Part shown: positions 1 through 10,499 of the stretch, in pieces
Position numbering within the stretch: the stretch's first letter is position 1
How the letters are laid out: the number at the start of each line of letters is the position of its first letter
From: a virus
Strand: one strand, 5' to 3'
Length of the DNA: 64,000 bases
Virus record (IMG/VR): IMGVR_UViG_3300031603_000002
Coordinates: 1 to 64,000 of that record
The notes under the pieces: model-generated
What the model was told of the DNA's origin: nothing
Databases searched by the model: none
Seen by the model: the letters and a program-made list of their open reading frames with translations, nothing else
Position numbers and translations under genes: made by a program

Positions 1-462
1 AAGGCACTCAACCGAAACGGTATCCCATTACAGATTGTTAAGCGAAAACTCCCGGTGATCAACGTTGAGATTGCAAACATCCTTCAGGGGATAACTGGTT
101 TCACCGTTGAGTTGACAGTAGACGAATCTGCCGGTATGGACATCATTCTAAATTACGGCGATTCCAAACGAGTAATTGAGTGTTGCAGTGGTATGGAAAA
201 GATGATGTCTTCACTAGCAATTCGAACAGCGCTGGTCAGGGTTTCAAGTTTACCAAAAGCTGATGTCCTGATTATTGATGAAGGTTTCGGTGCACTTGAC
301 GCAACAAATGTAGAGGCATGTACAACGCTGCTCAGGAGTTTAACAAAGACATTCAGATTGATTTTAATAATATCACACGTCGACACAGTGAAAGACGTCG
401 TTGACAACATCATTGAGATTTCAACAACCAAGGGCCATGATGCTCAGGTCAAATTTTTATAG
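1..462 (+). CDS. C-terminal part of SbcC/Rad50-like recombination ATPase (T4 gp46-like), 5' truncated by window
   Basis: Signature-like CSGMEK, Walker B/D-loop LIIDEGFGALD, H-loop IISH; frame is open from the window start. Confidence 0.85.
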   Translation, partial: KALNRNGIPLQIVKRKLPVINVEIANILQGITGFTVELTVDESAGMDIILNYGDSKRVIECCSGMEKMMSSLAIRTALVRVSSLPKADVLIIDEGFGALDATNVEACTTLLRSLTKTFRLILIISHVDTVKDVVDNIIEISTTKGHDAQVKFL

Positions 463-468
463 GAAAAA

Positions 469-1311
469 ATGCAGCAAAATCTAACAAACAAAAAAGAAGC
501 AATTACCAGTATCCTTACAGCACCGCTCGAGTTTGATGAAGGGGTTGCATTCTACAACGCCGGTTTGATGAAGCACAGCGTCGCAAAACGACAAGCAGAT
601 CAGGAAGGAATCTATGACGGACTGTTTGGGGCATTCGAGCGTACCTGGGGAGCGCTACACAGTTTCAACGCTATGGAAGATCATAAGAACGACGTAATTC
701 TTGAAATGGGTTGTGCAGAAATACCGATTTACAATGCATACAAAATGCAGCGAACATATCCAAACTACATCGGGGTTGATATCCGTCGCGACTATCTCAT
801 CTCATCGAAGTTCAAGAACAGAAAAAATGTGTTGGCATTATGCGCTGACATTACCAAGCCACTTCCAATTAAGCCCGGAACGATTTCTGCGGTTGTGCTA
901 AGCGAGACAGTGGAGCATCTTTCATACGAACAAAACCTGTTGTTCTTCAAAGAGGCATTTCGTTTGTTGAAACCAGGCGGGAAGGTTCTGATCTCATCAC
1001 CCATGAATACCGAAGATCGTGAATTCCACAACGTTGAGAAGGAAAAGAATCTCGGGCATGTTTTCTTCTGGGCAGCAGAAAAATTTGAAGAAGAGATGCT
1101 AAAAATCGGGTTCAATGACGTAGACAAACAATGGGGTTACTCGATTTCGACAAAAATAAGAGTGGCAGAAATTAAGAAAGCCCTTCCTCCTGCAGTCGGG
1201 AAGTTCATTGAGGATATTAGTAGGATGTACGGTTCTAGGGTTGCCAGAGCCGTGGCGTTGTCTGCTCCCGGTGTTACAAACGGTGGGTGTCGTTTTACAC
1301 TTACAAAATGA
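469..1311 (+). CDS. Class I SAM-dependent methyltransferase
   Basis: ILEMGCA, YIGVDI, ADITKPLP, SETVEHL, EAFRLLKPGGKV motifs. Confidence 0.8.
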   Translation: MQQNLTNKKEAITSILTAPLEFDEGVAFYNAGLMKHSVAKRQADQEGIYDGLFGAFERTWGALHSFNAMEDHKNDVILEMGCAEIPIYNAYKMQRTYPNYIGVDIRRDYLISSKFKNRKNVLALCADITKPLPIKPGTISAVVLSETVEHLSYEQNLLFFKEAFRLLKPGGKVLISSPMNTEDREFHNVEKEKNLGHVFFWAAEKFEEEMLKIGFNDVDKQWGYSISTKIRVAEIKKALPPAVGKFIEDISRMYGSRVARAVALSAPGVTNGGCRFTLTK

Positions 1312-1541
1312 AAAAGCAGGGTACGTTCAGTGGTAGTTATCGTTTAGTCCTACCAGACATCGTTAGAGTTTATGTTTGTCCCGTTTGTGAGCACCTACTC
1401 CGGGATGATAAAGATTTCGAATCATATCATGATAAAGACGCATGTACCAATTGCGTAGATACTTATTACTACATAAATGCTAAACGGTGGAAAACCGGAT
1501 GGCGTCCATGCAGAAATGAGGTAAGAAAAAATGAACTTTGA
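1308..1541 (+). CDS. Small CxxC...CxxC zinc-binding protein
   Basis: CPVC and CTNC; ATG overlaps the upstream TGA. Confidence 0.6.
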   Translation: MKKQGTFSGSYRLVLPDIVRVYVCPVCEHLLRDDKDFESYHDKDACTNCVDTYYYINAKRWKTGWRPCRNEVRKNEL

Positions 1542-1905
1542 AGAAGTGAATGCCCTTGGCAATCTGATTGATACGACGTTTGGGAAGTCATCTTCGCGAG
1601 ATGGTTCGTATTCGATCAAGTGCAAGCTGGCCGGTGAGAGCCTAGTATTGAATTATACAATGATTGTGCACTTTGCAACCGAGCATGCTCTTCGTGAGCA
1701 GGTCATTCGGTGCACTGATGAGGCAACACAAAGGCTCACCGAGTACCTGAGCTTGCTAAAAAAAGATTTCAAAGCGGAAACCGGCAGTGTGCTGAACACG
1801 ACGAAAGAATCGACAGCTGACAACGTTGAGCTAATTTCAGCGACATCAAATTCACCCAGAAAAATTGCGTATTACAGAATGAACTGGGTACTGAAGGTCA
1901 CGTAG
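1531..1905 (+). CDS. Hypothetical protein directly upstream of terminase
   Basis: 124-aa ORF, tightly packed between neighbours. Confidence 0.6.
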   Translation: MNFEEVNALGNLIDTTFGKSSSRDGSYSIKCKLAGESLVLNYTMIVHFATEHALREQVIRCTDEATQRLTEYLSLLKKDFKAETGSVLNTTKESTADNVELISATSNSPRKIAYYRMNWVLKVT

Positions 1906-3504
1906 GTGGCCCGGGCGACAGCAACCCATGCGAAGGAGATTGTTCGGTGTGGGCAAGATCCTGTTCATTTCATAAACAAATATGCAATGATCCAGACGCC
2001 TATGAAAGGCACGATCAAGTTCGACACGTACGAATTCCAGGATGAATGTGTTCAATCATTTATTGAGCATCGTTTCAATATCATTGTCAAGGCTCGTCAG
2101 CTTGGCCTTTCAACTGTCACAGCGATCTACGCAGTATGGTTGGCTATCTTCTATCGTGACAAGAACATTCTTGTCATTGCTACGAAGCTGGCGACAGCCC
2201 AGAACTTTATCAAGAAGGTGAAGGTTGCATTGGCAGCTTTGCCGAAATGGTTGGTGCTGCCATCTATAACTGAAAAAACAAAACAGATGGTCGCGTTTAG
2301 CAACGGATCACAAATTAAGGCGATTCCAACGTCAGAAGATGCGGGCCGTTCTGAAGCTTTGTCGTTGCTAATCGTTGACGAAGCTGCGTTCATCCGCGAT
2401 TTTGATACGCTGTGGACCGGCCTGTACTTTACGTTGGCGGAAGGTGGGCGTGCTATTATTATTAGCACTCCGAATGGTACGGGCGGAATGTATCATAAGC
2501 TCGTCGAAGATGCTGAAGCGGGTACAAGCGAATTCAACCTCACGAAGCTAATGTGGCACGCTCACCCGAAAAGAGACGATGCATGGTTAGAAAAAGAAGT
2601 CAAGAACATGACCCCACATGCAATTGCACAGGAATTGATGTGTGACTTTGCAGGTTCAGGAAATACGTTCGTCACTGCCGACATCATTGAGAAGCTTCGC
2701 CTACAGGTTGAACAGCCTATTGAAAGATCTGGCGTTAAAAATGAGATCTGGTGGTGGGCATATCCACAACCGGGGGAAGAGTTTGTGATCTCGGCAGACG
2801 TCTCCCGTGGTGATGCAGCAGATTATTCGTCATTCCAGATTCTAAACAAACATACAGCGGAACAGGTTTGTGAATACCGTGGGAAAATAAGACCAGATCA
2901 ATTCGGTATTTTACTTGCTGAGTACGGCAAGAGGTTCAACAACGCACTAATTTGCCCTGAAAATAACACGTTTGGACAAGGAACAATCCTAAAATTAGTT
3001 GAGCTCGGATATAAAAATCTACATTTCAAATCCCTAAAAGACAAGTTTGATTTGATGTATGGCGACCCAACAACAGCTAGTTTAGGAAAAGTTGGATTCG
3101 TAACAAGCGTAAAAACAAGAGGCCCAATCCTTAGACTGCTTGAGGAACGACTGAGAAATAATACACTGAAGGTTCGTTCGTCGCGGTTCGTCGATGAGCT
3201 AAAAACTTTCGTTATGAAGGGTGATAAGCCCAAAGCGAAAAAGGGTGCATTTGATGATGTCCTGATGGCCATGGCCATTGGAAACTCGCTGATTGAGGCC
3301 GGATCAGAACATGCTGTAACGAAGCATGACACATCGAAAGGTATGCTGGCCGGCTTTGGTGTGAACAAAAGACACAAAGACACGCAGCATGAAGTAACTA
3401 ACGTAAACAATGTCAATCCATATATGAATATGCCGAATGGTGCGTATGGAAGCAGGGGACGACCCGAACACATTCCAAAAGAGTTTTCGTGGGTGCTCGG
3501 ATAA
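1906..3504 (+). CDS. Terminase large subunit (T4 gp17-like)
   Basis: KARQLGLST Walker A, LLIVDEAAF Walker B, ISTPNG, nuclease ISADVSRG and FDDVLMA. Confidence 0.95.
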   Translation: MARATATHAKEIVRCGQDPVHFINKYAMIQTPMKGTIKFDTYEFQDECVQSFIEHRFNIIVKARQLGLSTVTAIYAVWLAIFYRDKNILVIATKLATAQNFIKKVKVALAALPKWLVLPSITEKTKQMVAFSNGSQIKAIPTSEDAGRSEALSLLIVDEAAFIRDFDTLWTGLYFTLAEGGRAIIISTPNGTGGMYHKLVEDAEAGTSEFNLTKLMWHAHPKRDDAWLEKEVKNMTPHAIAQELMCDFAGSGNTFVTADIIEKLRLQVEQPIERSGVKNEIWWWAYPQPGEEFVISADVSRGDAADYSSFQILNKHTAEQVCEYRGKIRPDQFGILLAEYGKRFNNALICPENNTFGQGTILKLVELGYKNLHFKSLKDKFDLMYGDPTTASLGKVGFVTSVKTRGPILRLLEERLRNNTLKVRSSRFVDELKTFVMKGDKPKAKKGAFDDVLMAMAIGNSLIEAGSEHAVTKHDTSKGMLAGFGVNKRHKDTQHEVTNVNNVNPYMNMPNGAYGSRGRPEHIPKEFSWVLG

Positions 3505-3556
3505 CAAAATCGAGCTTTGTCATATTATATAATGATATTCATAAGAATGGAGAAAA

Positions 3557-6500
3557 ATGAGTGAAATCAAAGGGTCGTTATTCACCCGCCTAACAAAATT
3601 GTTCAGATCAGGCCCTGTCGTCCGACGCCGCGTCAAGAACGTCTCAGGTCCAAGTGCATCTACCTCGCTCGAAACTTTCCGCAAAGTTCATAGCAACGTT
3701 TATAATAGCACATTGTCTGCATACGGTTCGTATGATAGAATGTCACGCTATTCGGACTTTTCGGAGATGGAGGCTTGTATAGCAGGAGATACACTTATCG
3801 CTACACCAACCGGGTTCGTCGAAATAAAAGAGCTGGCCAAAATGTATGGGGCTGATGAAACATTTATTGTTTATTCATATGACCATGAGAAGAAACAAAT
3901 CGTTCCTGCATTGGCGAAACAAGCTCGTAAAACAGTGACGGACATGTCGTATAAAGTCACATTCGACTCTGGAAAAGAGTTGATTGCAACCCCAGACCAT
4001 CGTGTAATGCGAAGAGACGGGACATATTGCGAAGTGCAAGCCTTAAAGCCGGGCGATTCGATGATGCCTTTCTATAAAAAAGCGCTTTTTGAAAAAGATA
4101 AAAAGAGCAGCAACGGGTACCAATGGATTTATACGATGGACAAGCCAGGCTCATCGATGAACAACGGGTGGATATCTGAGCACCGTGTTATTGCCGCTTG
4201 GGCAGCCGGCCGAAAAATAAATGAAGGTGAGCACGTTCATCACAAGAATTTTGTGAAAAGCGACAACAGACCAGAAAACTTAGTGATAATGGATGCCAAG
4301 GAACATTTGGCGTATCATGCTATAATCTTGAACGGCAAAAAGTGGGATTACGAGAAGAATGGTGATTGGATTGAAGGGTTCAAAAAGCAACATTCAAGAT
4401 TCATGAAAGAAAATAATCCGGCGCAACGAAAAGACATAACTTTTGCGACAATTCTTCAAGTTTGTGATGCGACGGGATATAATTGGTCACAATTGCAAAG
4501 AACGTTAGACTGCTCTGCTAGCGTAATTAACAATCGTCTTCGAGACAACGGTTTCAATAACTTTACATCTTTTGCTAGAGCGTATGGCCCGACGTGGAAA
4601 AATAACGGCTGGGACAACGCAGGTAGCAAAAATCCAAGATATGACGAATCGTTAACCTTTCAAAATGTTTGTGATGCTTATCATCCAGGAATAAAAAACA
4701 AAGAGTGGGAAACGAACCTAAAAACAACGTCAATGAAGATTCTTGGTCGAGTAAAATCAAACGGGTATGACAGCTTGGCTGATTTCCGCGAAAACTTCAA
4801 CAATCATAAAGTCGTAAGCATAGAACCATACGAAGTGATTGACCTTTATGATATGACGGTCGACGGGTACAAAAACTATGCGACGGACAGCATCATCGTT
4901 CACAACACTCCGGAAATTGGTTCCGCGCTAGACATTTACGCTGAAGAAACCGCGAGCTGCGACGATAAAGGAAAGATTCTCCACATTTACTCCGAGAACA
5001 ATCGAATCCAGGAAATCCTTGGAGAATTATTCTACGACATTCTAAACGTTGACTTCAACTTGACAATGTGGGTACGTAACCTTTGTAAGTACGGAGACTT
5101 CTTTATCTTCAACGACATTTCTCCAGAGTTCGGAATCGTGAATGCATATCCTATCGCGATCAGTGAAATCGAAAGAGAGGAGGGGTTTGATCCTGAAGAT
5201 CCAAGCGCCGTCAGGTTCCGCTGGATTACGCAAGGAAATCAAATCCTTGAAAAATGGCAGGTCTCCCATTTCAGACTATTAGGTAATGACGCATTCTTGC
5301 CATATGGTTCATCGGTTCTAGAATCTGCTCGACGAATTTGGCGCCAACTGATTCTTATGGAAGACGCAATGCTTGTCTACAGGATCATCCGTGCACCCGA
5401 GCGCCGAGTTTTCTACATCGATGTGGGTAACATTCCACCGAACGAAATTGAGAATTTCATGGAAGGTGCCGTCTCGAGCCTAAAACGCCAGCCTGCAATC
5501 GACAAGAACAACGGCAAGATGGATTATCGCTACAACCCATACAGCGTTGACGAGGATTATTTCCTTCCAGTTCGAGGCCAAGAATCAGGAACAAGGATCG
5601 ACACGCTTGCTGGTGGTTCCAACGCCGCCGCAATTGAGGATGTCGAGTACATCCAAAAGAAACTGTTCGCAGCACTAAAAATCCCGAGAGCATATCTTGG
5701 ATACGATGAGGACGTAGGTTCCAAGGCAACGTTGGCGATGGAAGACATCAGGTTCTCTCGCACGATTGCAAAAATTCAGAAGACAATCATCGCGGAGTTC
5801 AATACACTGGCAATGATTCACCTTTATTGTCATGGGTTTGCTGAAGAAGATTTGGCTGATTTCGATTTGAAATTGACAAACCCAAGTTCTGTCGCTCAGC
5901 AACAGAAGCTTGAACTGATTCGAACAAGGTTTGATATTGCTAACAGCGCACCTGAGGGTGTTGTTGATAGAAATTACGTCCGCCGCGATGTTTTTGGTTT
6001 AACACCAACACAAATTGAACAAATCAAAGCAGGTCGTATCGCGGATAAGTTGGAAGACATGGAAGTCGAAGCTGCCGGTGAACCAGCTGACGATGCACCT
6101 GCCGGCGGCGATGATGATATGATGGACGACGGTCCTGCCGACAGCGCCGACGACCTATTCGCAGGTGACCACCCAGGTGGGTCTTTGTTAACTGCTCTTC
6201 CAGGAACGGGAAATGAGTTTGAACTTGAGAGTGATGAAGACGATGACATGTTGAATTTGTCAATTGATGATATTGATGCACCTGAAAAAGCTGCAAAGAA
6301 AATCACGAATGTTTTCGGTGGTCCGATCAAGGCAAATAGAAAAGTCAAAGGTGGCGCTGAACAAACGCATATGCCAGACTTTGGAAAGATGGTGAGTGTA
6401 GGCAAGGCTGGTCGTTCACAGGATTCGCTAAACAAACCATTCGATGCGGAATCACTATTTAACCTAGGCGAGTCTGAAGGGCGAACTTCAATTATGGCGC

Positions 6501-6619
6501 CAAAAATGACGCGAAGCTTAGAAAGAATGTTCACATCGATGGGAAACTCGATAAGTAGTAATAGGACAGAACTTTTATCTGAAGATCTGTTGAATGAGAA
6601 TTTGAACGAAGGGGATTGA
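3557..6619 (+). CDS. Portal protein (T4 gp20-like) interrupted by an intein
   Basis: PEIGSALDIYAEE, LMEDAMLVYRIIRAPERRVFYIDVGN, EDYFLPVRG; acidic C-tail. Confidence 0.95.
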   Translation: MSEIKGSLFTRLTKLFRSGPVVRRRVKNVSGPSASTSLETFRKVHSNVYNSTLSAYGSYDRMSRYSDFSEMEACIAGDTLIATPTGFVEIKELAKMYGADETFIVYSYDHEKKQIVPALAKQARKTVTDMSYKVTFDSGKELIATPDHRVMRRDGTYCEVQALKPGDSMMPFYKKALFEKDKKSSNGYQWIYTMDKPGSSMNNGWISEHRVIAAWAAGRKINEGEHVHHKNFVKSDNRPENLVIMDAKEHLAYHAIILNGKKWDYEKNGDWIEGFKKQHSRFMKENNPAQRKDITFATILQVCDATGYNWSQLQRTLDCSASVINNRLRDNGFNNFTSFARAYGPTWKNNGWDNAGSKNPRYDESLTFQNVCDAYHPGIKNKEWETNLKTTSMKILGRVKSNGYDSLADFRENFNNHKVVSIEPYEVIDLYDMTVDGYKNYATDSIIVHNTPEIGSALDIYAEETASCDDKGKILHIYSENNRIQEILGELFYDILNVDFNLTMWVRNLCKYGDFFIFNDISPEFGIVNAYPIAISEIEREEGFDPEDPSAVRFRWITQGNQILEKWQVSHFRLLGNDAFLPYGSSVLESARRIWRQLILMEDAMLVYRIIRAPERRVFYIDVGNIPPNEIENFMEGAVSSLKRQPAIDKNNGKMDYRYNPYSVDEDYFLPVRGQESGTRIDTLAGGSNAAAIEDVEYIQKKLFAALKIPRAYLGYDEDVGSKATLAMEDIRFSRTIAKIQKTIIAEFNTLAMIHLYCHGFAEEDLADFDLKLTNPSSVAQQQKLELIRTRFDIANSAPEGVVDRNYVRRDVFGLTPTQIEQIKAGRIADKLEDMEVEAAGEPADDAPAGGDDDMMDDGPADSADDLFAGDHPGGSLLTALPGTGNEFELESDEDDDMLNLSIDDIDAPEKAAKKITNVFGGPIKANRKVKGGAEQTHMPDFGKMVSVGKAGRSQDSLNKPFDAESLFNLGESEGRTSIMAPKMTRSLERMFTSMGNSISSNRTELLSEDLLNENLNEGD
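3776..4906 (+). mobile_element. Intein (377 aa) with HNH homing endonuclease, in portal
   Basis: Starts CIAGDTLIAT, block B ATPDHRV, HNH VHHKNFVKSDNRPENL, ends YDMTVDGYKNY...IIVHN followed by Thr. Confidence 0.93.
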
Positions 6620-6624
6620 TCATA

Positions 6625-7458
6625 ATGACAAAGCACAACAAAAAACGCAATGTCGGTCTAATACACGAACAACTGATTAGATACGTTGCCAGCTCACTAA
6701 TCGCACGTGACAAGAAATCAGCAGAGAAAGCAATCGCGATTATCACGAAGCACTTCAAGCAAGACTCGGAGCTCTTCCGTGAGTTTCGACTTTTCAATGC
6801 ATTGGTAAATCTGCCGGTTGGTTCACGCCCGTTGGCCGAGCGGATTTTGTTGGAGAGCAAAAAGTCTGCGACAACACACAGCTCTCAGAAACTCCGAAAA
6901 GAGAAGTCAAGTCTAATCAAGGACATCAATCTTGGTCTATCGCAGTCCGCACGGTTTTATGACATCAAAATTGAAAGCTATAGGTTGTACGCAACCGTCC
7001 AGACAATGCTAAATGAGTGGCGCGGTGTAGATTCACTCTCCTTGACGAACAAGGCAAAGTACGAAGAGAAAATTGTGGAATGGTTGGCTCGTCCAACTAC
7101 ACAAGTTTTGAAAGAGACATTTGAGGCCGATCCGCTGGTCCGTAAGTTGATGTTTCAAAAGTTCGAAGAGAAATATAAAGAGCACCTGAGCGAACAACAA
7201 CAGACCGTTTTGGAAGCAGCAATCCTTGGTGACGAAACAAATTTTAGCAATATCATTTGTGAGATCAAGGAGAAGGCGCTTCTCACGGTTGCCGAATTCA
7301 AAAAAACATGCGACAACGATGTACTCCTTGAAAAAATCGATGGCGTGAAGAACAGAATTGAAAGATTGTCAGAAGCAAAATCTGACGACACGGTAGCCAA
7401 GACTTTACACTTGGTGCATTTACTCGATGAAATGGAGACCAAAAATGAGCAAAAGTAG
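6625..7458 (+). CDS. Conserved-looking head-module protein between portal and protease
   Basis: KHNKKRN N-terminus, helical; position only. Confidence 0.6.
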   Translation: MTKHNKKRNVGLIHEQLIRYVASSLIARDKKSAEKAIAIITKHFKQDSELFREFRLFNALVNLPVGSRPLAERILLESKKSATTHSSQKLRKEKSSLIKDINLGLSQSARFYDIKIESYRLYATVQTMLNEWRGVDSLSLTNKAKYEEKIVEWLARPTTQVLKETFEADPLVRKLMFQKFEEKYKEHLSEQQQTVLEAAILGDETNFSNIICEIKEKALLTVAEFKKTCDNDVLLEKIDGVKNRIERLSEAKSDDTVAKTLHLVHLLDEMETKNEQK

Positions 7459-8050
7459 AACGTTACTGACCGAGTGGCTGAAGTTTGATTACACGCCCGA
7501 TCAGATCAAAGAAAGCCGTGAACAACACGGCGGCAAAATTGTGATGAAGGGTATCCTGCAAAAGGCAGATACATTGAATCAAAACGGCCGTTTGTATCCA
7601 GAGTCAATTCTCTCCCGCGAGGTAAGAAATTACCAAAAGTTTATTACTGAAAATCGCGCACTCGGAGAATGTGATCATCCAGATTCATCTGTCGTTGAGC
7701 TAAAAAACTCGTCGCACATCATTCGTAAAGCGTGGATGGATGGGAAAACATGCTATGGTCTTGTTGAACTGTTAGACACGCCCATGGGAAAGATCCTGCA
7801 GAGTCTCGTTGAGTCAGGAGTCACGCTAGGCATCTCTTCACGAGGTGTCGGATCAACAAGCAGAGAAGGCGATTACGATGTTGTCCAGGACGATTTTCAA
7901 CTGATTTGTTGGGACTTCGTTAGCGAGCCATCTACACCGGGCGCTTTCATGATGAAAGAAGGCCGCGATTTCACCCGGGCGGATTTGAACCGTCACTTTA
8001 CGAAATCAGATCGTATTGATAGGGTTTTCAATGACATTTTGGAGTGGTAA
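7445..8050 (+). CDS. Prohead core protease (T4 gp21-like)
   Basis: NQNGRLYP, ALGECDHP, GISSRGVGS, WDFVSEPSTPGA. Confidence 0.93.
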   Translation: MSKSRTLLTEWLKFDYTPDQIKESREQHGGKIVMKGILQKADTLNQNGRLYPESILSREVRNYQKFITENRALGECDHPDSSVVELKNSSHIIRKAWMDGKTCYGLVELLDTPMGKILQSLVESGVTLGISSRGVGSTSREGDYDVVQDDFQLICWDFVSEPSTPGAFMMKEGRDFTRADLNRHFTKSDRIDRVFNDILEW

Positions 8051-8455
8051 ATGAGTCAACACTACGCACCGCCTGGCCACGGAATGGTCAGCGAATATCA
8101 GGCATCCGGCGTGCCGTTTGTCAGTTCATCAGCATCTATGGTAAACACAACAGTCGAAAAGTTCACGTTTCCATACGTGTCAAGGCATATAACCATTTTC
8201 AATTCTGGTTCGACGCCAGTTCGAGTCGGTTTTACTGAAAACGGTGTAAACGCCAATCCGGAAAACTCTAACTATTTTTTGGTCTTGGGAATGAGCAACA
8301 CCCCTAGGTTCGAATTAAAATGCGACGAAATCTTCGTAAGAAAGGACGCCGGAACTGATCCGAACATTGTGTCGGTCATCGCCGGTATGACAAACGTGCC
8401 CAGGAAGAATTTCTTCGTAATGTCTGGTTCGAACGGTGTTGTAGGAGTAGGATAA
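8051..8455 (+). CDS. Hypothetical beta-rich virion protein
   Basis: 134-aa ORF in head module. Confidence 0.55.
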   Translation: MSQHYAPPGHGMVSEYQASGVPFVSSSASMVNTTVEKFTFPYVSRHITIFNSGSTPVRVGFTENGVNANPENSNYFLVLGMSNTPRFELKCDEIFVRKDAGTDPNIVSVIAGMTNVPRKNFFVMSGSNGVVGVG

Positions 8456-9006
8456 TGGCGAAAATGACAAAGGCATCATTAAAAGGTCTCATCAAAGAAT
8501 GTCTCGTTGAGCTTCTAAGCGAAGGACTTGGTGTTCCCCCCATGAGTTTAACAGAGGGGCACCAACGGCGTGCACCAGCCCAAGCGAGACAACGCAAACC
8601 ACAACGTCAACAGAAAAAGGCATCAATTTTTGATCAAATGGATGCGTCGTTTCAGCAGCCTGCCGATACACCCAATCCCGCATCAAATTTGGCATCAATG
8701 GCAACTGATGATGTAATGCTTCAAGGCATCTTGAGTGAGACAGCAAGCACGACGTACATCGATCGAATGAAACATGAAACAAGCGTACCCTCAGTTCCAT
8801 ACATGTCAGCGCCGTCGCTCCCCGGCGCACGAGACGAATATGGAATGGGCCAACAAACAATATCAGAGGCAGCGCATACAAGGCAGCCTCAAGCACCAAC
8901 ACCACATCATGAGGCTGCGGGTCTAGACATTAATGCATTGTTTGGCGATGCTGCTGCAAATTGGGGAGAAGTTTTAGAGCGTTCAACGACCAAAAAACTT
9001 CCATAA
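8455..9006 (+). CDS. Putative prohead core protein with leader MAKMTKASLKGLIKE
   Basis: N-terminus matches the MK(I/M)TxxxLxxLIxE family. Confidence 0.55.
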   Translation: MAKMTKASLKGLIKECLVELLSEGLGVPPMSLTEGHQRRAPAQARQRKPQRQQKKASIFDQMDASFQQPADTPNPASNLASMATDDVMLQGILSETASTTYIDRMKHETSVPSVPYMSAPSLPGARDEYGMGQQTISEAAHTRQPQAPTPHHEAAGLDINALFGDAAANWGEVLERSTTKKLP

Positions 9007-9046
9007 GCATATTTAGACAAGAGCCCACAAGGCGAAGGAGAATTTT

Positions 9047-9325
9047 ATGGCAAAGAAAGTACGACGAATCACCCCTGGCTTCCTGAAGAAGATTATCATT
9101 CAAGAGGCTAGGAAACTAAAACTAGAAACGATTGAGCAAGGTAAGAAGGCAGCTGAGGACGTCAACGCTGACGAAGTTGATGCTGATGCGCTCGCCGGTA
9201 CGCTTGAGCAGGATCTTGATTTTATCAAGGCTCTGAAGATTAAGGAAGCGAAGATGGTTCGCGGTCTCAAGAGGTTGCGTGAGCAGAAATCAAAGTTGCG
9301 TCGCCGAGTCGCTCGCCGAATCTAA
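9047..9325 (+). CDS. Small putative prohead core protein
   Basis: RITPGFLKKIIIQE leader-like segment; AAGGAG RBS; ATATTTA at 9009. Confidence 0.6.
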   Translation: MAKKVRRITPGFLKKIIIQEARKLKLETIEQGKKAAEDVNADEVDADALAGTLEQDLDFIKALKIKEAKMVRGLKRLREQKSKLRRRVARRI

Positions 9326-9354
9326 AACTTTGTTCATGCTAGAAGGAGAACATC

Positions 9355-9930
9355 ATGGCAATTGAAGTCATTAAAAAATCAGAACAGGTCACCATCGAGC
9401 CCGACAAGAAGTTGGGGTACCGAGGTAATCTAAACACAGAAGGTGCAATGGGCAAAGCCAACGCAACCGCTCTAACATCTATTTTTAAGGGCTCACCACT
9501 TCCAGGCTATTCTCCAACGAATATCAAAGTCGGCGGCGAGAAGGATGATATTGATACTTCGGACGCCGCGGCATATCGAAAGTGGTTCATGAGCAACGTT
9601 GTGAAAGGAAAGATCAGTGACGAGGCTTATGGTCTCGGACAATTCCATCTCGACTACAATGATGAGGCAACAAACCTTCCTGACATGAATGGCGTAAAGA
9701 CAGGAGCTGCCGGGCTTCCTGCAACTCCTTTCGTTCCCAATCCTGTTTCTCCTGGGGAAGGAAGTGTCAACCCGTCTACAATGGCTGCGGCACCAGAAGG
9801 GTTTGTTAATAAGCAGACACCGAGCGCGCCGTTCTCAGGAGCCAGCGTTTCGCTGCCATCTGACGGAACGAAAGCAGAGCCCGCCAGAAACCCAACCAAC
9901 ACAGCAAAGCAGATAAAAGACAGACTGTAA
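9355..9930 (+). CDS. Hypothetical Pro/Gly-rich head-module protein
   Basis: AAGGAG RBS, 191 aa. Confidence 0.6.
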   Translation: MAIEVIKKSEQVTIEPDKKLGYRGNLNTEGAMGKANATALTSIFKGSPLPGYSPTNIKVGGEKDDIDTSDAAAYRKWFMSNVVKGKISDEAYGLGQFHLDYNDEATNLPDMNGVKTGAAGLPATPFVPNPVSPGEGSVNPSTMAAAPEGFVNKQTPSAPFSGASVSLPSDGTKAEPARNPTNTAKQIKDRL

Positions 9931-9948
9931 GTCACCGGAATAGTTGAT

Positions 9949-10458
9949 ATGCTTATTAACAAACTCCACGAGGCTATGTCGAAACCTGACGCCAGAACCG
10001 GTTTAGGTTTCGGCATAATGGAACCACAGTTCCATGGTGAGAAAGAGGCTGGCGGATCATTTCCATATACCGAAGACGACCCGTATAAAAATGCTCCGGA
10101 CGCTGACGAAGAAGATGTGGATGCAGTTATAAACAAGGGCGCAGGGTTTATCCCGTCAGACAGTTTCCACATCAGTTCCCGCCCGAATCCGTATTATTTT
10201 TCGGAAGGCTCAGGTAGCTTGTGTACGTTCTTCTGGGACTGTGAACAGGTTATCCTTGAAATGGCAAACTATGATGCTGGTGTGAGTGCTAGTGGTGGTG
10301 TAGCCGGTTCTAATTACAAACGGACAGGTTCATTGAGGGGATGGGCATCAGCTCCACCGGAATCATTTCCTGAAGCAGAAGAAAATTCTGATGACTTTGA
10401 AAATGAAGAGCATATTTATTCAGTGCAAGATTTGGTAAAAAATGAAGACGAAAGTTAG
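9949..10458 (+). CDS. Hypothetical acidic protein
   Basis: 169-aa ORF in head module. Confidence 0.55.
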   Translation: MLINKLHEAMSKPDARTGLGFGIMEPQFHGEKEAGGSFPYTEDDPYKNAPDADEEDVDAVINKGAGFIPSDSFHISSRPNPYYFSEGSGSLCTFFWDCEQVILEMANYDAGVSASGGVAGSNYKRTGSLRGWASAPPESFPEAEENSDDFENEEHIYSVQDLVKNEDES

Positions 10459-10499
10459 TTTTCCAAAGTTACCGAATACTTAGTTGCAAGAGGTTATGG

